From the NCBI GenBank assembly GCA_964588475.1, contig CAZPPO010000003.1, positions 1-31,513 of the forward strand: a stretch of 31,513 nucleotides of DNA. Reading direction: 5' to 3'. Source of the DNA: an uncultured Eubacteriales bacterium. GTDB lineage: Bacteria > Bacillota > Clostridia > Oscillospirales > Acutalibacteraceae. The first letter of the stretch is position 1. Each line of letters begins with the position of its first letter. Positions 1-8,742 of the stretch are shown here, one piece after another. The position numbers and the translations under genes were made by a program. A model generated the notes under the pieces. It was not told where the DNA came from and did not search any database. It saw only the letters and a program-made list of their open reading frames with translations.

Positions 1-1
1 T

Positions 2-484
2 TTGCACGAAATTAACAAGGACATTTTTGACGCGGGAGGAGCTTGGGCTACCTTAAATCCGGGAGGTTCGTTTTTCGACAGTGCAACCTCTTTCGCACTT
101 ATAAGGGGAGGTCATGTTGATATTACCGTACTGGGTGCGTTACAGGTTGATAAAGAAGGCAATCTTGCAAACTGGATGGTCCCCGGGAAGCTTATGGCGG
201 GCTATGGCGGGGCTATGGATCTTATCACCTGCGCCAAAAAGGTTATAGTTGCAATGGAACACACCAACAAGGGTGATCCAAAAATATTTAATAAATGCGT
301 TTTCCCGCTTACCGGCGCGCACTGCGTTGATATTATCGTAACCAACTTAGCCTTGATAGAGGTTACACAGGAAGGTTTAGTAGTAAAGGAAATAGCTCCG
401 GATACCACCCAAGAGCAACTTAAAGCGGCAACAGAAGCTGATTTGATTATCCCCGATGACTTAAAAGTCATGAGCGTATATTGA
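2..484 (+). CDS. 3-oxoacid/acetate CoA-transferase beta subunit (ScoB/AtoA/CtfB family), 5'-truncated by the window edge
   Basis: Family motifs SFALIRGGHVDITVLGALQVD, GNLANW and GGAMDL. It is only 160 aa and open from the window edge, so the N-terminal part lies outside. It sits directly upstream of a thiolase. Confidence 0.9.
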   Translation: MHEINKDIFDAGGAWATLNPGGSFFDSATSFALIRGGHVDITVLGALQVDKEGNLANWMVPGKLMAGYGGAMDLITCAKKVIVAMEHTNKGDPKIFNKCVFPLTGAHCVDIIVTNLALIEVTQEGLVVKEIAPDTTQEQLKAATEADLIIPDDLKVMSVY

Positions 485-502
485 TTAAGGAGGAATTATA
501 TT

Positions 503-1669
503 ATGAGTAATCTTAAGGATGCTGTTATCGTTGCATATGGAAGGTCGCCTGTAGGCAGAGCGACAAAGGGAACATTAGTAGGAGAGTATCCGGTTAAACT
601 GGCAAGCGAGGTTTTACAGGGTGTTTTGGAAAAGGTTCCGAATTTACCGCTTGCGGAAATTGATGATGTTATTGTCGGATGTTCGACACCTGAGGATGTT
701 CAAGGTCTTAATATGGCAAGAATTATAGTAATCAGAGCAGGTCTGCCGGATGAGGTATGCGGAGTTACAGTAAGCCGATTTTGCTCCTCCGGTCTGCAAA
801 GTATTGCATACGCCGCAAATGAAATCATGGCCGACCAGGCCGATATCGTAATTGCAGGAGGCGTAGAGTCGATGTCAATGCTGCCTATGACAGCTTTGGA
901 CCTAACGGCATTGGACCCGAAAATATTTAAGGAAAGAGCAAGCTGCTATCTCCCCATGGGAACAACGGCAGAGGTTCTTACGGATATGTTTGACGTTGCC
1001 AGAGAGGACATGGACAAATTCTCACTGCTTAGCCATCAAAAAGCCTCAAAGGCACAAAAGGAGGGCGCATTTAAGAAGGAAATAATCCCTGTTACTTATA
1101 CGGACAGAAACGGTGCAATTGAAGTTTTTGCCGAGGATGAGTGCATAAAGCATGACGCTTCCTATGAGGCCTTAAGCAAGTTGCCCGCCGCTTTTAAGGA
1201 AAACGGTTCGGTAACAGCCGGAAACTCTTCACCCATGAATGACGGCATGGCTTTTGTGGTAATGATGTCTGCCCAAAAGGCAGCTGAGCTTAACATCAAG
1301 CCTATTGCTAAATTTCTCGGGTATCAGGTAGCGGGCGTTGACCCCGTTATGATGGGCATAGGTCCGGTATATGCCGTGCCGAAGCTGCTAAACAGAATAG
1401 GAATGGAATTGGAGCAGTTTGATATTATTGAATTAAATGAAGCTTTTGCGGTACAGTCACTGATTTGTATCGATCAGCTCGGATTAAATCTTGATAAGGT
1501 AAATCCTCGCGGCGGCGCTATCGCGCTGGGTCATCCGCTGGGCGCGACGGGAGCTATACTAACGTGCAAGGCTCTTTCCTATCTTGAGGATACAGGCGGG
1601 AAATACGGTATGATTACAATGTGTATCGGCGCAGGTATGGGTGCGGCAGGCGCGATTGAAATGCTTTAA
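503..1669 (+). CDS. Acetyl-CoA C-acyltransferase (thiolase)
   Basis: Catalytic Cys in [27 protein letters not shown] (His) and CIGAGMG (second Cys). RBS AAGGAGG lies upstream. Confidence 0.95.
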   Translation: MSNLKDAVIVAYGRSPVGRATKGTLVGEYPVKLASEVLQGVLEKVPNLPLAEIDDVIVGCSTPEDVQGLNMARIIVIRAGLPDEVCGVTVSRFCSSGLQSIAYAANEIMADQADIVIAGGVESMSMLPMTALDLTALDPKIFKERASCYLPMGTTAEVLTDMFDVAREDMDKFSLLSHQKASKAQKEGAFKKEIIPVTYTDRNGAIEVFAEDECIKHDASYEALSKLPAAFKENGSVTAGNSSPMNDGMAFVVMMSAQKAAELNIKPIAKFLGYQVAGVDPVMMGIGPVYAVPKLLNRIGMELEQFDIIELNEAFAVQSLICIDQLGLNLDKVNPRGGAIALGHPLGATGAILTCKALSYLEDTGGKYGMITMCIGAGMGAAGAIEML

Positions 1670-1694
1670 GTATGAGCAACTGAATAAAATCTCG

Positions 1695-1726
1695 AAAAGC
1701 CGTCTTTGTCAGCAAGACGGCTTTTT
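1695..1726 (+). terminator. Intrinsic terminator after the thiolase
   Basis: 12-bp inverted repeat AAAAGCCGTCTT (1695-1706) / AAGACGGCTTTT (1714-1725), a 7-nt loop, and a T run at the end. Confidence 0.85.
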
Positions 1727-1770
1727 ACGAGCGTATATGTGAAGAATAATATCTGATTTGCCTTATTTTC

Positions 1771-1798
1771 TTGAAATATCCGCAAAAAAATGTATAAT
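1771..1798 (+). promoter_or_regulatory. Putative sigma-A promoter for the ABC exporter pair
   Basis: TTGAAA (1771-1776), 16 nt, TATAAT (1793-1798). Confidence 0.65.
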
Positions 1799-1884
1799 AG
1801 GTAAAAGTGCAAAATTAGTTTTGCCTGTGTATTTTTAAGAAAGGGCTTAAGGGAGCTTACAATAGGTAGGCGAGCGTTGAGAGA

Positions 1885-3612
1885 ATGAAAAAACTATTAC
1901 CTTACATATATCCTTTTAAGTTCAAAATAGCTCTGCAAATGACCGTAAAATTTGCAGGGACTATTTTTGATTTATTTATTCCGTGGATTCTCTCATATAT
2001 TATTGATGATGTGGTGCCGGATAAGAATAAAGCGGGTATCTATATTTGGGGATTTGGGATGATTCTTTGTGCCTTCGGCGCACTAATGCTCAATATTGTA
2101 GCTAACCGTATGGCGGCGCGGATTTCCGGAGACATAACAAAGGAAATAAGGCATGACCTGTTTTCAAGGACTATGAGACTGTCGTGCAATAGCACAGATG
2201 AAATAACAGAGCCGTCCCTGATTTCAAGGCTTACAAGCGATACCTATTATTTTTACCAAATGCTGCTTCGAATTCAAAGGCTCGGTATTAGAGCCCCGAT
2301 ATTGCTAATAGGGGGCTGTTTTGTTACGCTGATGCTTGAAGCAAAGCTTGCGGCGGTTCTTATAGCTCTTCTTCCTGTTCTTTTCCTGATTGTGTTTTAT
2401 ATATCGAAAAAGGGAATTCCGCTGTACACGAAGGTGCAGAAGGCTGCAGATAAGCTTGTGCGAAGAGTCCGTGAGTATATGAGCGGAATCAGAGTTATAC
2501 TCGCTCTTTCAAAGGGCGAGTATGAAAAGAGGCGCTTTTCCAAAGCAAACAAAAGGGTTGTCCAGGCAGAGCAGAAGGCCGGATATGTTATGTCGGCAAC
2601 AAAGCCCATAATGAGCTTCGCTTTGAATATGGGTCTTGCCTTAGTAATTCTTGTTGGCGCTATTCTTGTAAACAAGGGGGAGACACAGCCGGGTAAAATT
2701 ATAGCCTTTATGACATATTTTACTATTATACTCAATGCCACGCTCAGTATAACTAAAATATTTATTATGGTGTCAAAGGGCACCGCCTCGGCTGACAGGA
2801 TAGCCAAGGTGCTGGAAATTGAAGATGAGAAGCAATACATATATAATGAGGCAGAAGCAGAAGAGAATGCGGAGGCTTCAGATACGCATATCGAATTTCG
2901 AAACGTATCCTTTTCCTATATGGGCGTTTCGGACAATATTCATAACATCAGCTTTAAGCTTAAAAGGGGTCAAAGCTTAGGTTTAATCGGGGCTACGGGA
3001 AGCGGCAAAAGTACGATTCTTTTACTGCTTTTGCGGTTTTATGACTGCGACAAGGGAGAGATTTTTGTTGACGGAGAGAATATTAAAGGTATTTTGAAAG
3101 AAGAACTGTACAAAAAATTCGGAACCGTTTTTCAAAATGACATTTTGTTTACGGGTTCCATAGGAGAAAGCATCGATTTTGGCAGAGGGGTAAAGCTTGA
3201 TGATATTAAAGGTGCCGCTAAAACCGCCCGGGCGGATTTTGTTTATGAAAAGGAGGGGCAGTTTGATTATCAGCTTGAAATTAGGGGAGGTAATCTCAGC
3301 GGAGGTCAAAAACAGAGACTTCTTATTTCAAGGGCCTTGGCAAAACAACCCGAAATTTTGCTTTTAGACGATGTTTCAAGCGCGCTTGACTACAGAACCG
3401 ATGCCGCCCTCAGAAATTCCATTGAAAAGGATTTCGCCGACACTACTAAAATTATTGTATCTCAAAGAGCAAGCTCTGTTATGAAATCGGATTTGATACT
3501 TGTTCTTGACAAAGGCACGGTAATAGGCAGGGGCACTCATTATGAGCTCTTAAATAATTGCCCAAAATACCGTGAAATATATGATATCCAAATGGGAGGC
3601 GCAGCTGTATGA
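1885..3612 (+). CDS. ABC exporter subunit (TMD+NBD), degenerate-site half of a heterodimeric multidrug-type exporter (TM287/EfrA-like)
   Basis: N-terminal TM helices, Walker A GATGSGKS and signature LSGGQ. Walker B is LLLDD (Asp for the catalytic Glu) and the switch is VSQR (Gln for His). Confidence 0.9.
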   Translation: MKKLLPYIYPFKFKIALQMTVKFAGTIFDLFIPWILSYIIDDVVPDKNKAGIYIWGFGMILCAFGALMLNIVANRMAARISGDITKEIRHDLFSRTMRLSCNSTDEITEPSLISRLTSDTYYFYQMLLRIQRLGIRAPILLIGGCFVTLMLEAKLAAVLIALLPVLFLIVFYISKKGIPLYTKVQKAADKLVRRVREYMSGIRVILALSKGEYEKRRFSKANKRVVQAEQKAGYVMSATKPIMSFALNMGLALVILVGAILVNKGETQPGKIIAFMTYFTIILNATLSITKIFIMVSKGTASADRIAKVLEIEDEKQYIYNEAEAEENAEASDTHIEFRNVSFSYMGVSDNIHNISFKLKRGQSLGLIGATGSGKSTILLLLLRFYDCDKGEIFVDGENIKGILKEELYKKFGTVFQNDILFTGSIGESIDFGRGVKLDDIKGAAKTARADFVYEKEGQFDYQLEIRGGNLSGGQKQRLLISRALAKQPEILLLDDVSSALDYRTDAALRNSIEKDFADTTKIIVSQRASSVMKSDLILVLDKGTVIGRGTHYELLNNCPKYREIYDIQMGGAAV

Positions 3613-5372
3613 AAAAAGAAAGCACACCCTCCTTACAAAAAAAATATTTGTTAGTGAGACTTTGGCAATATATTAAGCCTTATAAAGGCATTGTATTTAC
3701 CGCGTGTGTTTTGACTCTTTCGAGCAATATATTGGCACTGGTAGGTCCGTTGTTATCCGGGCGTGCCATTGACGCCATTGAGCCGGGATTGAGCCAGGTA
3801 AACTTTACTCTTGTTGTTAAATATGTTTTATTGATGATAGCCTTTTTTGCCGTTTCAAGCCTCTTGAGCTACATTTTATCAATTCTTATGATAAAAATAG
3901 GAAGAAACATTATGTATTCTATGAGAAACGATGTTTTTGACAAGCTCTCTCATATGCCCGTAGGATTTTTTGACCGCTGTCAGGCGGGAGAGGTGATAAG
4001 CATAATATCATATGATATTGATACTATAAATTCCTCGATATCAACGGACATTATTCAAATTGCAACAAGTTTTGTTACGGTAATCGGCGCGCTTATCATG
4101 ATGTTAATTATCAGAGCGGACCTCGTATTAATATTTATGGTAACTGTTCCTGTTTTTGCATATTATACACGAAAACGCATTAAAAGGGTTCGCCCTCTTT
4201 ACAAGGCCCGTTCGGAAAAGCTCGGGAAGCTTAACGGCTTTGCGGAGGAGGCAGTAACCGGACAAAAGACAGTAAAAGCCTACAACCGCGAGGATTATAT
4301 GCTTTCAGGATTTGACATAAGAAATATTGAGGCGGTAAAAAGCGCTTATAATGCGGAGTATTACGGCAGTATCAACGGACCTATTGCGAATTTCTTCAAC
4401 AACAGCTCCGTTGCGCTTGTTTGTATTTTCGGCTCTTTACTATATCTTTCGGGAGCTATTTCACTGGGAAGCGTTTCATCCTTTGTTTTATATTCAAGGA
4501 AATTTGCAGGGCCGATAAATGAATTCGCGAATATTATCAGCGACCTGCAATCCGCCTTTGCGGCCGCTAACAGAGTTTTTTCGCTTATTGACGAGATTCC
4601 TGAAAAGCCCGATGACCAGACTGCCCTTACGCTTGAGCGTACAGACGGTAATATTTCGTTTTTGGATGTTTCATTCTATTATGAAAGCTCTGCGGAAATA
4701 TTGAAAAATGTGAGCTTTGAAGCGCCTGCAGGCTCTCTTACAGCAATAGTCGGGCCCACAGGAGCAGGGAAAACCACTATAATTAATCTGTTAATGCGGT
4801 TTTACGACGCGCAAAGCGGTGAAATACTGCTTGATGGTAGAAATATATGTGATATAAAGAGAGCAAGCTATCGCTCACAATTTTCAATGGTGCTTCAGGA
4901 CACATGGCTTTTTCACGGCACCATATTTCAAAACATTGCCTATGGAGCCGAACAAGCTACTATAGAGGAGGTTGAGAATGCGGCAAAGGCCGCCGAAATA
5001 CATGGTTTTATTATGTCCCTTCCCGACGGATATGATACAGTTATCAGTGACAACGCGGCTAACATTTCAAAGGGTCAAAAACAACTTATGACAATTGCAA
5101 GGGCCATGCTTTCAGCTTCAAAAATACTTATTCTTGACGAGGCTACTTCAAACGTTGATACAAATACAGAGCTGAAAATCCTAAAAGCGATGAAAAAGCT
5201 AACTCAGGGTAAGACCTGCTTTGTAATAGCTCACAGGCTTTCAACGGTAGAGAATGCCGATAATATTCTTGTAGTGGACTTAGGTAAGATAATTGAGGAG
5301 GGTACCCACGAAAGCCTTCTGAAAAAGCAAGGACTTTACTATAAAATCTACCAATCACAGTTTGAAATCTAA
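3609..5372 (+). CDS. ABC exporter subunit (TMD+NBD), consensus-site half of the heterodimer (TM288/EfrB-like)
   Basis: Walker A GPTGAGKT, Walker B ILDEATS, switch IAHR and a degenerate signature ISKGQ. A 4-nt ATGA overlap with the preceding gene. Confidence 0.9.
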   Translation: MKKESTPSLQKKYLLVRLWQYIKPYKGIVFTACVLTLSSNILALVGPLLSGRAIDAIEPGLSQVNFTLVVKYVLLMIAFFAVSSLLSYILSILMIKIGRNIMYSMRNDVFDKLSHMPVGFFDRCQAGEVISIISYDIDTINSSISTDIIQIATSFVTVIGALIMMLIIRADLVLIFMVTVPVFAYYTRKRIKRVRPLYKARSEKLGKLNGFAEEAVTGQKTVKAYNREDYMLSGFDIRNIEAVKSAYNAEYYGSINGPIANFFNNSSVALVCIFGSLLYLSGAISLGSVSSFVLYSRKFAGPINEFANIISDLQSAFAAANRVFSLIDEIPEKPDDQTALTLERTDGNISFLDVSFYYESSAEILKNVSFEAPAGSLTAIVGPTGAGKTTIINLLMRFYDAQSGEILLDGRNICDIKRASYRSQFSMVLQDTWLFHGTIFQNIAYGAEQATIEEVENAAKAAEIHGFIMSLPDGYDTVISDNAANISKGQKQLMTIARAMLSASKILILDEATSNVDTNTELKILKAMKKLTQGKTCFVIAHRLSTVENADNILVVDLGKIIEEGTHESLLKKQGLYYKIYQSQFEI

Positions 5373-5375
5373 TAT

Positions 5376-5411
5376 AAAAAGACATACCTATAAAAATAGG
5401 AATGTCTTTTT
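5376..5411. terminator. Bidirectional intrinsic terminator between the ABC operon and rpmA
   Basis: AAAAAGACAT-A-CCTAT / loop AAAA / ATAGG-A-ATGTCTTTTT. An A tract on the left and a T tract on the right, between convergent genes. Confidence 0.8.
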
Positions 5412-5436
5412 GTTTAGAAGTGTAAAAGCTGAAGAA

Positions 5437-5721
5437 TTATTGCTCTTGGCCGTAAACGCTGACCTTTTTGCGGTCCTTGCCCAAGCGTTCAAAGCTTACT
5501 TTACCGTCGGTAAGAGCGAAAAGAGTGTCATCCTTGCCCTTGCCTACATTGTTGCCGGGGTGGATTTTTGTTCCTCTTTGTCTTACAAGGATATTGCCTG
5601 CAAGCACAAATTGACCGTCCGCACGCTTAACACCAAGCCGTTTAGACTCGGAATCGCGTCCGTTACGGGTAGAGCCCATTCCCTTTTTATGAGCAAACAA
5701 CTGAATATTTATTTTAAGCAT
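5437..5721 (-). CDS. rpmA: 50S ribosomal protein L27 with Firmicute N-terminal extension
   Basis: [32 protein letters not shown]. The extension is of the type cleaved by Prp, and the start overlaps the prp stop (TAATG). Confidence 0.98.
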   Translation of the reverse strand: MLKINIQLFAHKKGMGSTRNGRDSESKRLGVKRADGQFVLAGNILVRQRGTKIHPGNNVGKGKDDTLFALTDGKVSFERLGKDRKKVSVYGQEQ

Positions 5722-6041
5722 TACGTAACCTCCGTATGTGAAATCTTAATATTTTTCGGATATTGTTTTGACAATTGTGTTAAATGAAGCTTGAGCCCTT
5801 CAAGAATGGGATTTGCCTTATTGATGTCTCTATTGGGGATAATAAGCTCCATAAAGCCTTCCTCTATTTTAACCTTGGGTTTTATTTTGTTAATTTCCGT
5901 CAAGGTGTTTGCCGCCATATATGCGGCCGAGGATACTGCGGCGCAGATTATATCGTTTTTACCGTTTTTTCCAAGTGCGTGACCCTCAATCCTATAACCT
6001 GATAATGCGGTTTGAGAGCTGATAAACGTAATACAAATCAC
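5721..6041 (-). CDS. prp: Ribosomal-processing cysteine protease Prp (YsxB)
   Basis: GHA...DIICAAVS His/Cys dyad, canonical position between rplU and rpmA, and a GTG start overlapping the rplU TGA. Confidence 0.93.
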   Translation of the reverse strand: MICITFISSQTALSGYRIEGHALGKNGKNDIICAAVSSAAYMAANTLTEINKIKPKVKIEEGFMELIIPNRDINKANPILEGLKLHLTQLSKQYPKNIKISHTEVT

Positions 6042-6361
6042 TTTGTTTTCTTAGCCTTAATTGCCGTTATTTGTACCTTAGTATAGGGTTGTCTGTGACC
6101 CATCTTGCGTTTTTCGTTCTTTTTAGGCTTGTAGGTTTGAACAACGATTTTTTTAGCTTTGCCGTTTTTAAGAACCTTTGCTTTAACAAAAGCTCCCTCA
6201 ACATACGGAGAACCGACGATGACATCCCCGTTTGCACCGACAACCACAACCTTGTCAAAGATAACCTCTGAATCCTCTTGCGCGTTGAGCTTTTCAATAA
6301 AAATAACGTCTTCGTTTTCGACCTTATACTGCTTACCGCCTGTTTCGATAATTGCGTACAT
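6038..6361 (-). CDS. rplU: 50S ribosomal protein L21
   Basis: [14 protein letters not shown]...[13 protein letters not shown]. Confidence 0.98.
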   Translation of the reverse strand: MYAIIETGGKQYKVENEDVIFIEKLNAQEDSEVIFDKVVVVGANGDVIVGSPYVEGAFVKAKVLKNGKAKKIVVQTYKPKKNEKRKMGHRQPYTKVQITAIKAKKTK

Positions 6362-6443
6362 TCTATCGCGTCCTTAACTTTAGTCTCGCTATCGGGGGCA
6401 CAGAAAACTGTTTGTGGGAAACACCCGCCCAAAATATGCGGCA
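6362..6443 (-). promoter_or_regulatory. L21 leader-like cis-regulatory RNA (Rfam L21_leader type)
   Basis: The 5' UTR between the promoter and rplU reads GCCGCA...GGCGGG...CCCCC...GCGAGAC on the minus strand. This matches my recollection of Firmicute L21 leaders; it was not run against the covariance model. Confidence 0.6.
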
Positions 6444-6449
6444 AAGCGT

Positions 6450-6478
6450 ATTTTAACAATTTTTCGGACGGATGTCAA
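6450..6478 (-). promoter_or_regulatory. Sigma-A promoter of rplU-prp-rpmA
   Basis: Minus strand: TTGACA (6473-6478), 17 nt, TAAAAT (6450-6455), with an extended -10 TGn. Confidence 0.85.
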
Positions 6479-6556
6479 GACTTTTTTAAATACACCTCTA
6501 ATTTTGTTAGTTGTAAATCCTAAGAGTAAATTTAATAGTGAAATTTACAAAAACGA

Positions 6557-6585
6557 TTGACATGTGATTGGCTTTATATTATAGT
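6557..6585 (+). promoter_or_regulatory. Sigma-A promoter of the esterase gene
   Basis: TTGACA (6557-6562), 17 nt, TATAGT (6580-6585). It is divergent from the rplU promoter. Confidence 0.7.
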
Positions 6586-6609
6586 CTCCCTAAGTGGGGA
6601 GGTTATAAT

Positions 6610-7860
6610 TTGAAAAACAACATAAAAAGACTTTTTGCGGTTTTTATTTGCTTATGTCTTATTGTTCAGGGAAGCTTAACAGTCGCAGGAGCTTCTTTTT
6701 CGGAGGATTTATCACCGTTTGAGGCTGTAACCGAGAGTAATGCTTTGGGCGCGAGAATAGCCGGAATAATCAATATGATTGACTCTTTTTTGACTTTTCC
6801 TTATTTAGAGGTGGAAGAGAAAAGCGTGCAAAGCATAGCGGTTGAACAAATTCTCAAAGCTGTGCTTGCCGACAAATTCGCGGATGTAGATGAGGTTTAC
6901 GCCAATCTCGAAACACAAAGGGAGAAAAATGCAGACTCGAGCATAGAAGAATATTATGCAATGCTGTTTGATATAGACAGGTACAAATACACATATGTCT
7001 TTAAGGATACCGAGGTTTCAAAATCGATTGAAGTCGGGATATTCAATGACAAGTCTGACGAAGAGCTTACCGGGGATGAAGAATATATTCTTTACTTTCA
7101 CGGGGGAGCATTTGTTGACGCTCCGCTTCCCTTCCATTATTGGTTTTGCTCGCGTTTAGCGTCCGAATTGGATGCTACCATAATTATGCCCATGCAGCTT
7201 ATGGCACCTGAATATATTTACACTCAGTCATACGAACTCTCGCTTGCCCTTTATGAAGACTTAATTAAAACTATCAATCCCGACAATCTAACCTTAATGG
7301 GTGATTCCTCGGGAGGAAATTATGTTGTTTCCATGGGTCTTCAGCTTCGGGACAACGGCATTGCGCTACCCTCAAACATCGTAGCGTTTTCCCCATGGCT
7401 TCATATGTCCTCCAATGACCCCGCTATTATCGAGGTTTATGAGTCGGGAATCGACCCGATGATTGTTTATTGGGCTTGTGCCATGAAGGGGGCATGCTTT
7501 GCGGGTGTTGACATAAGCGGTGTCACCACAAAGGAACAGGCGGCAGATTTATTAAAGCAAATACCTGAAGAAAACGCTTATCTAAATCCGTATAACGGAG
7601 ATTTTACCGGTATGCCTCCTATCAGTATTTTCACGGGAACACACGAGTTGCTTGTGGTAGACTCCCGCAATTTTATTGAAAAAATGGAGAGTCAGTACGG
7701 CGAGGATGCTGTAGTGCACCATATGCAGGGGGAGACATGGGACAAAGACGACGTAATGTTCCATTATTATGAATATGAGGGAATGAACCATACCTTCCCG
7801 CTCTTCCCGGTACCCGAATCAATGCAGGTTATTAACCAGATTGAGCAGGTTATTAAGTAA
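6610..7860 (+). CDS. Secreted alpha/beta hydrolase, GDXG/HSL-family esterase-lipase (416 aa from the TTG start)
   Basis: HGGAF oxyanion motif, GDSSGG nucleophile elbow, GTHE acid and GMNH His. The N-terminus looks like a signal peptide (KRLFAVFICLCLIVQGSLTVAGA). The start is moved from the ORF track's 6568 to TTG 6610, which follows the RBS GGGGAGG and lies downstream of the promoter. Confidence 0.85.
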   Translation: MKNNIKRLFAVFICLCLIVQGSLTVAGASFSEDLSPFEAVTESNALGARIAGIINMIDSFLTFPYLEVEEKSVQSIAVEQILKAVLADKFADVDEVYANLETQREKNADSSIEEYYAMLFDIDRYKYTYVFKDTEVSKSIEVGIFNDKSDEELTGDEEYILYFHGGAFVDAPLPFHYWFCSRLASELDATIIMPMQLMAPEYIYTQSYELSLALYEDLIKTINPDNLTLMGDSSGGNYVVSMGLQLRDNGIALPSNIVAFSPWLHMSSNDPAIIEVYESGIDPMIVYWACAMKGACFAGVDISGVTTKEQAADLLKQIPEENAYLNPYNGDFTGMPPISIFTGTHELLVVDSRNFIEKMESQYGEDAVVHHMQGETWDKDDVMFHYYEYEGMNHTFPLFPVPESMQVINQIEQVIK

Positions 7861-7879
7861 GACGCAAAATAAAATAAAA

Positions 7880-7930
7880 ACCACTCGGTTTGTTTTCCTT
7901 ATTGAAAAGCATATCGAGTGGTAATATTTT
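7880..7930 (+). terminator. Probable terminator hairpin after the esterase
   Basis: ACCACTCG (7880-7887) / CGAGTGGT (7915-7922), with further imperfect pairing inside and an AT-rich tail rather than a clean T run. Confidence 0.5.
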
Positions 7931-7963
7931 AATCGATTTACTGTTTTTGGCACGGAGAATTGG

Positions 7964-7992
7964 TTGACTTTTTTTATTATATAATGTAAAAT
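7964..7992 (+). promoter_or_regulatory. Sigma-A promoter of rnpB
   Basis: TTGACT (7964-7969), 17 nt, TAAAAT (7987-7992). The predicted start near 7999 coincides with the P1 5' strand. Confidence 0.75.
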
Positions 7993-7998
7993 AACAAA

Positions 7999-8322
7999 GC
8001 GCTGGAGTGGGCAGTCGCATCAGAAATGATGAGGAAAGTCCGAGCTTCATACGGCAGGATAGCGGCTAACGGCCGCCGAGGGCAACCTTAGGGAAAGTGC
8101 AACAGAGATATACCGCCTCATTTGAGGTAAGGGTGGAAAGGCGAGGTAAGAGCTCACCGGCTTTTCGGGGAACCGAGAAGTCCTGCAAACCCTATCCGAA
8201 GCAACACAACAGGAGTTATCAGCCGGATTTATTCTCCGAAGAGTGGCTTAAGGCTCGCGGCAACGCGTGTCTCAGACAGATGATTGCCTTAAAAGACAGA
8301 ACTCGGCTTACAGCTCCAACGC
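7999..8322 (+). ncRNA. rnpB: RNase P RNA, bacterial type A (compact)
   Basis: GAGGAAAGTCCGAGC pairs with ACAGAACTCGGCTTAC through the P4 pseudoknot, with a compensatory change. Also present: AGTGCAACAGAG, P1 GCGCTGGAG / CTCCAACGC, P6 CGGC/GCCG and P18 with a GCAA loop. It is flanked by its own promoter and terminator. Confidence 0.97.
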
Positions 8323-8324
8323 AT

Positions 8325-8350
8325 GCTTCACGAAAGTGGAGCTTTTTTTA
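8325..8350 (+). terminator. Intrinsic terminator of rnpB
   Basis: GCTTCAC-GAAA-GTGGAGC followed by a T run. Confidence 0.85.
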
Positions 8351-8352
8351 TT

Positions 8353-8381
8353 TTAACACATGAGCCTTAAGCGCATATAAT
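8353..8381 (+). promoter_or_regulatory. Putative sigma-A promoter for the 113-aa protein
   Basis: TTAACA (8353-8358), 17 nt, TATAAT (8376-8381), followed by RBS AGGAGGTG. Confidence 0.6.
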
Positions 8382-8398
8382 GCATAGGAGGTGTTTTT

Positions 8399-8740
8399 AT
8401 GTCGGACTTTCTTTGTCTGGTGCTTTCCCTTATAGGTATTGTGTTTCTTTTATATTACATATTGTATAAGCTATTTGTCTGGGGAGAGAAGGGCGGAGTG
8501 TTCGTAATTCCGTTGTATGCATCCGAAAGGGAGCCCAGAACAAGAATCAGGAATATCAAAAAGCTCTTTGAGCTTGTAGGCTTTGACAAATTAAGCACCC
8601 TGGTTATCGTTGACTTCGGCGCAGCTAAATGTGATATAGACGCAATAAAAAATACATATATAAATGATGAAAAATTATTCGTTTGTGGAGGGGATGAGCT
8701 GGAGAGCATTTTGGAAACCTTGTGCAAACGATATGAATAA
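8399..8740 (+). CDS. Small membrane-anchored hypothetical protein (possible truncated GT-A-like domain)
   Basis: Strong RBS AGGAGGTG, its own promoter-like element, an N-terminal hydrophobic helix and then an alternating beta/alpha pattern. Confidence 0.75.
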   Translation: MSDFLCLVLSLIGIVFLLYYILYKLFVWGEKGGVFVIPLYASEREPRTRIRNIKKLFELVGFDKLSTLVIVDFGAAKCDIDAIKNTYINDEKLFVCGGDELESILETLCKRYE

Positions 8741-8742
8741 GC

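Noticed and set aside
5362-6523. Several plus-strand and alternate-frame ORFs (5362..5787, 5784..6002, 5791..5982, 6067..6459, 6071..6271, 6159..6377, 6278..6523)
   Set aside because: They are antisense or off-frame shadows of rpmA, prp and rplU, with no motifs and no RBS.
8097-8363. 88-aa ORF in the supplied track
   Set aside because: It lies within rnpB and its terminator and is a shadow of the RNA gene.
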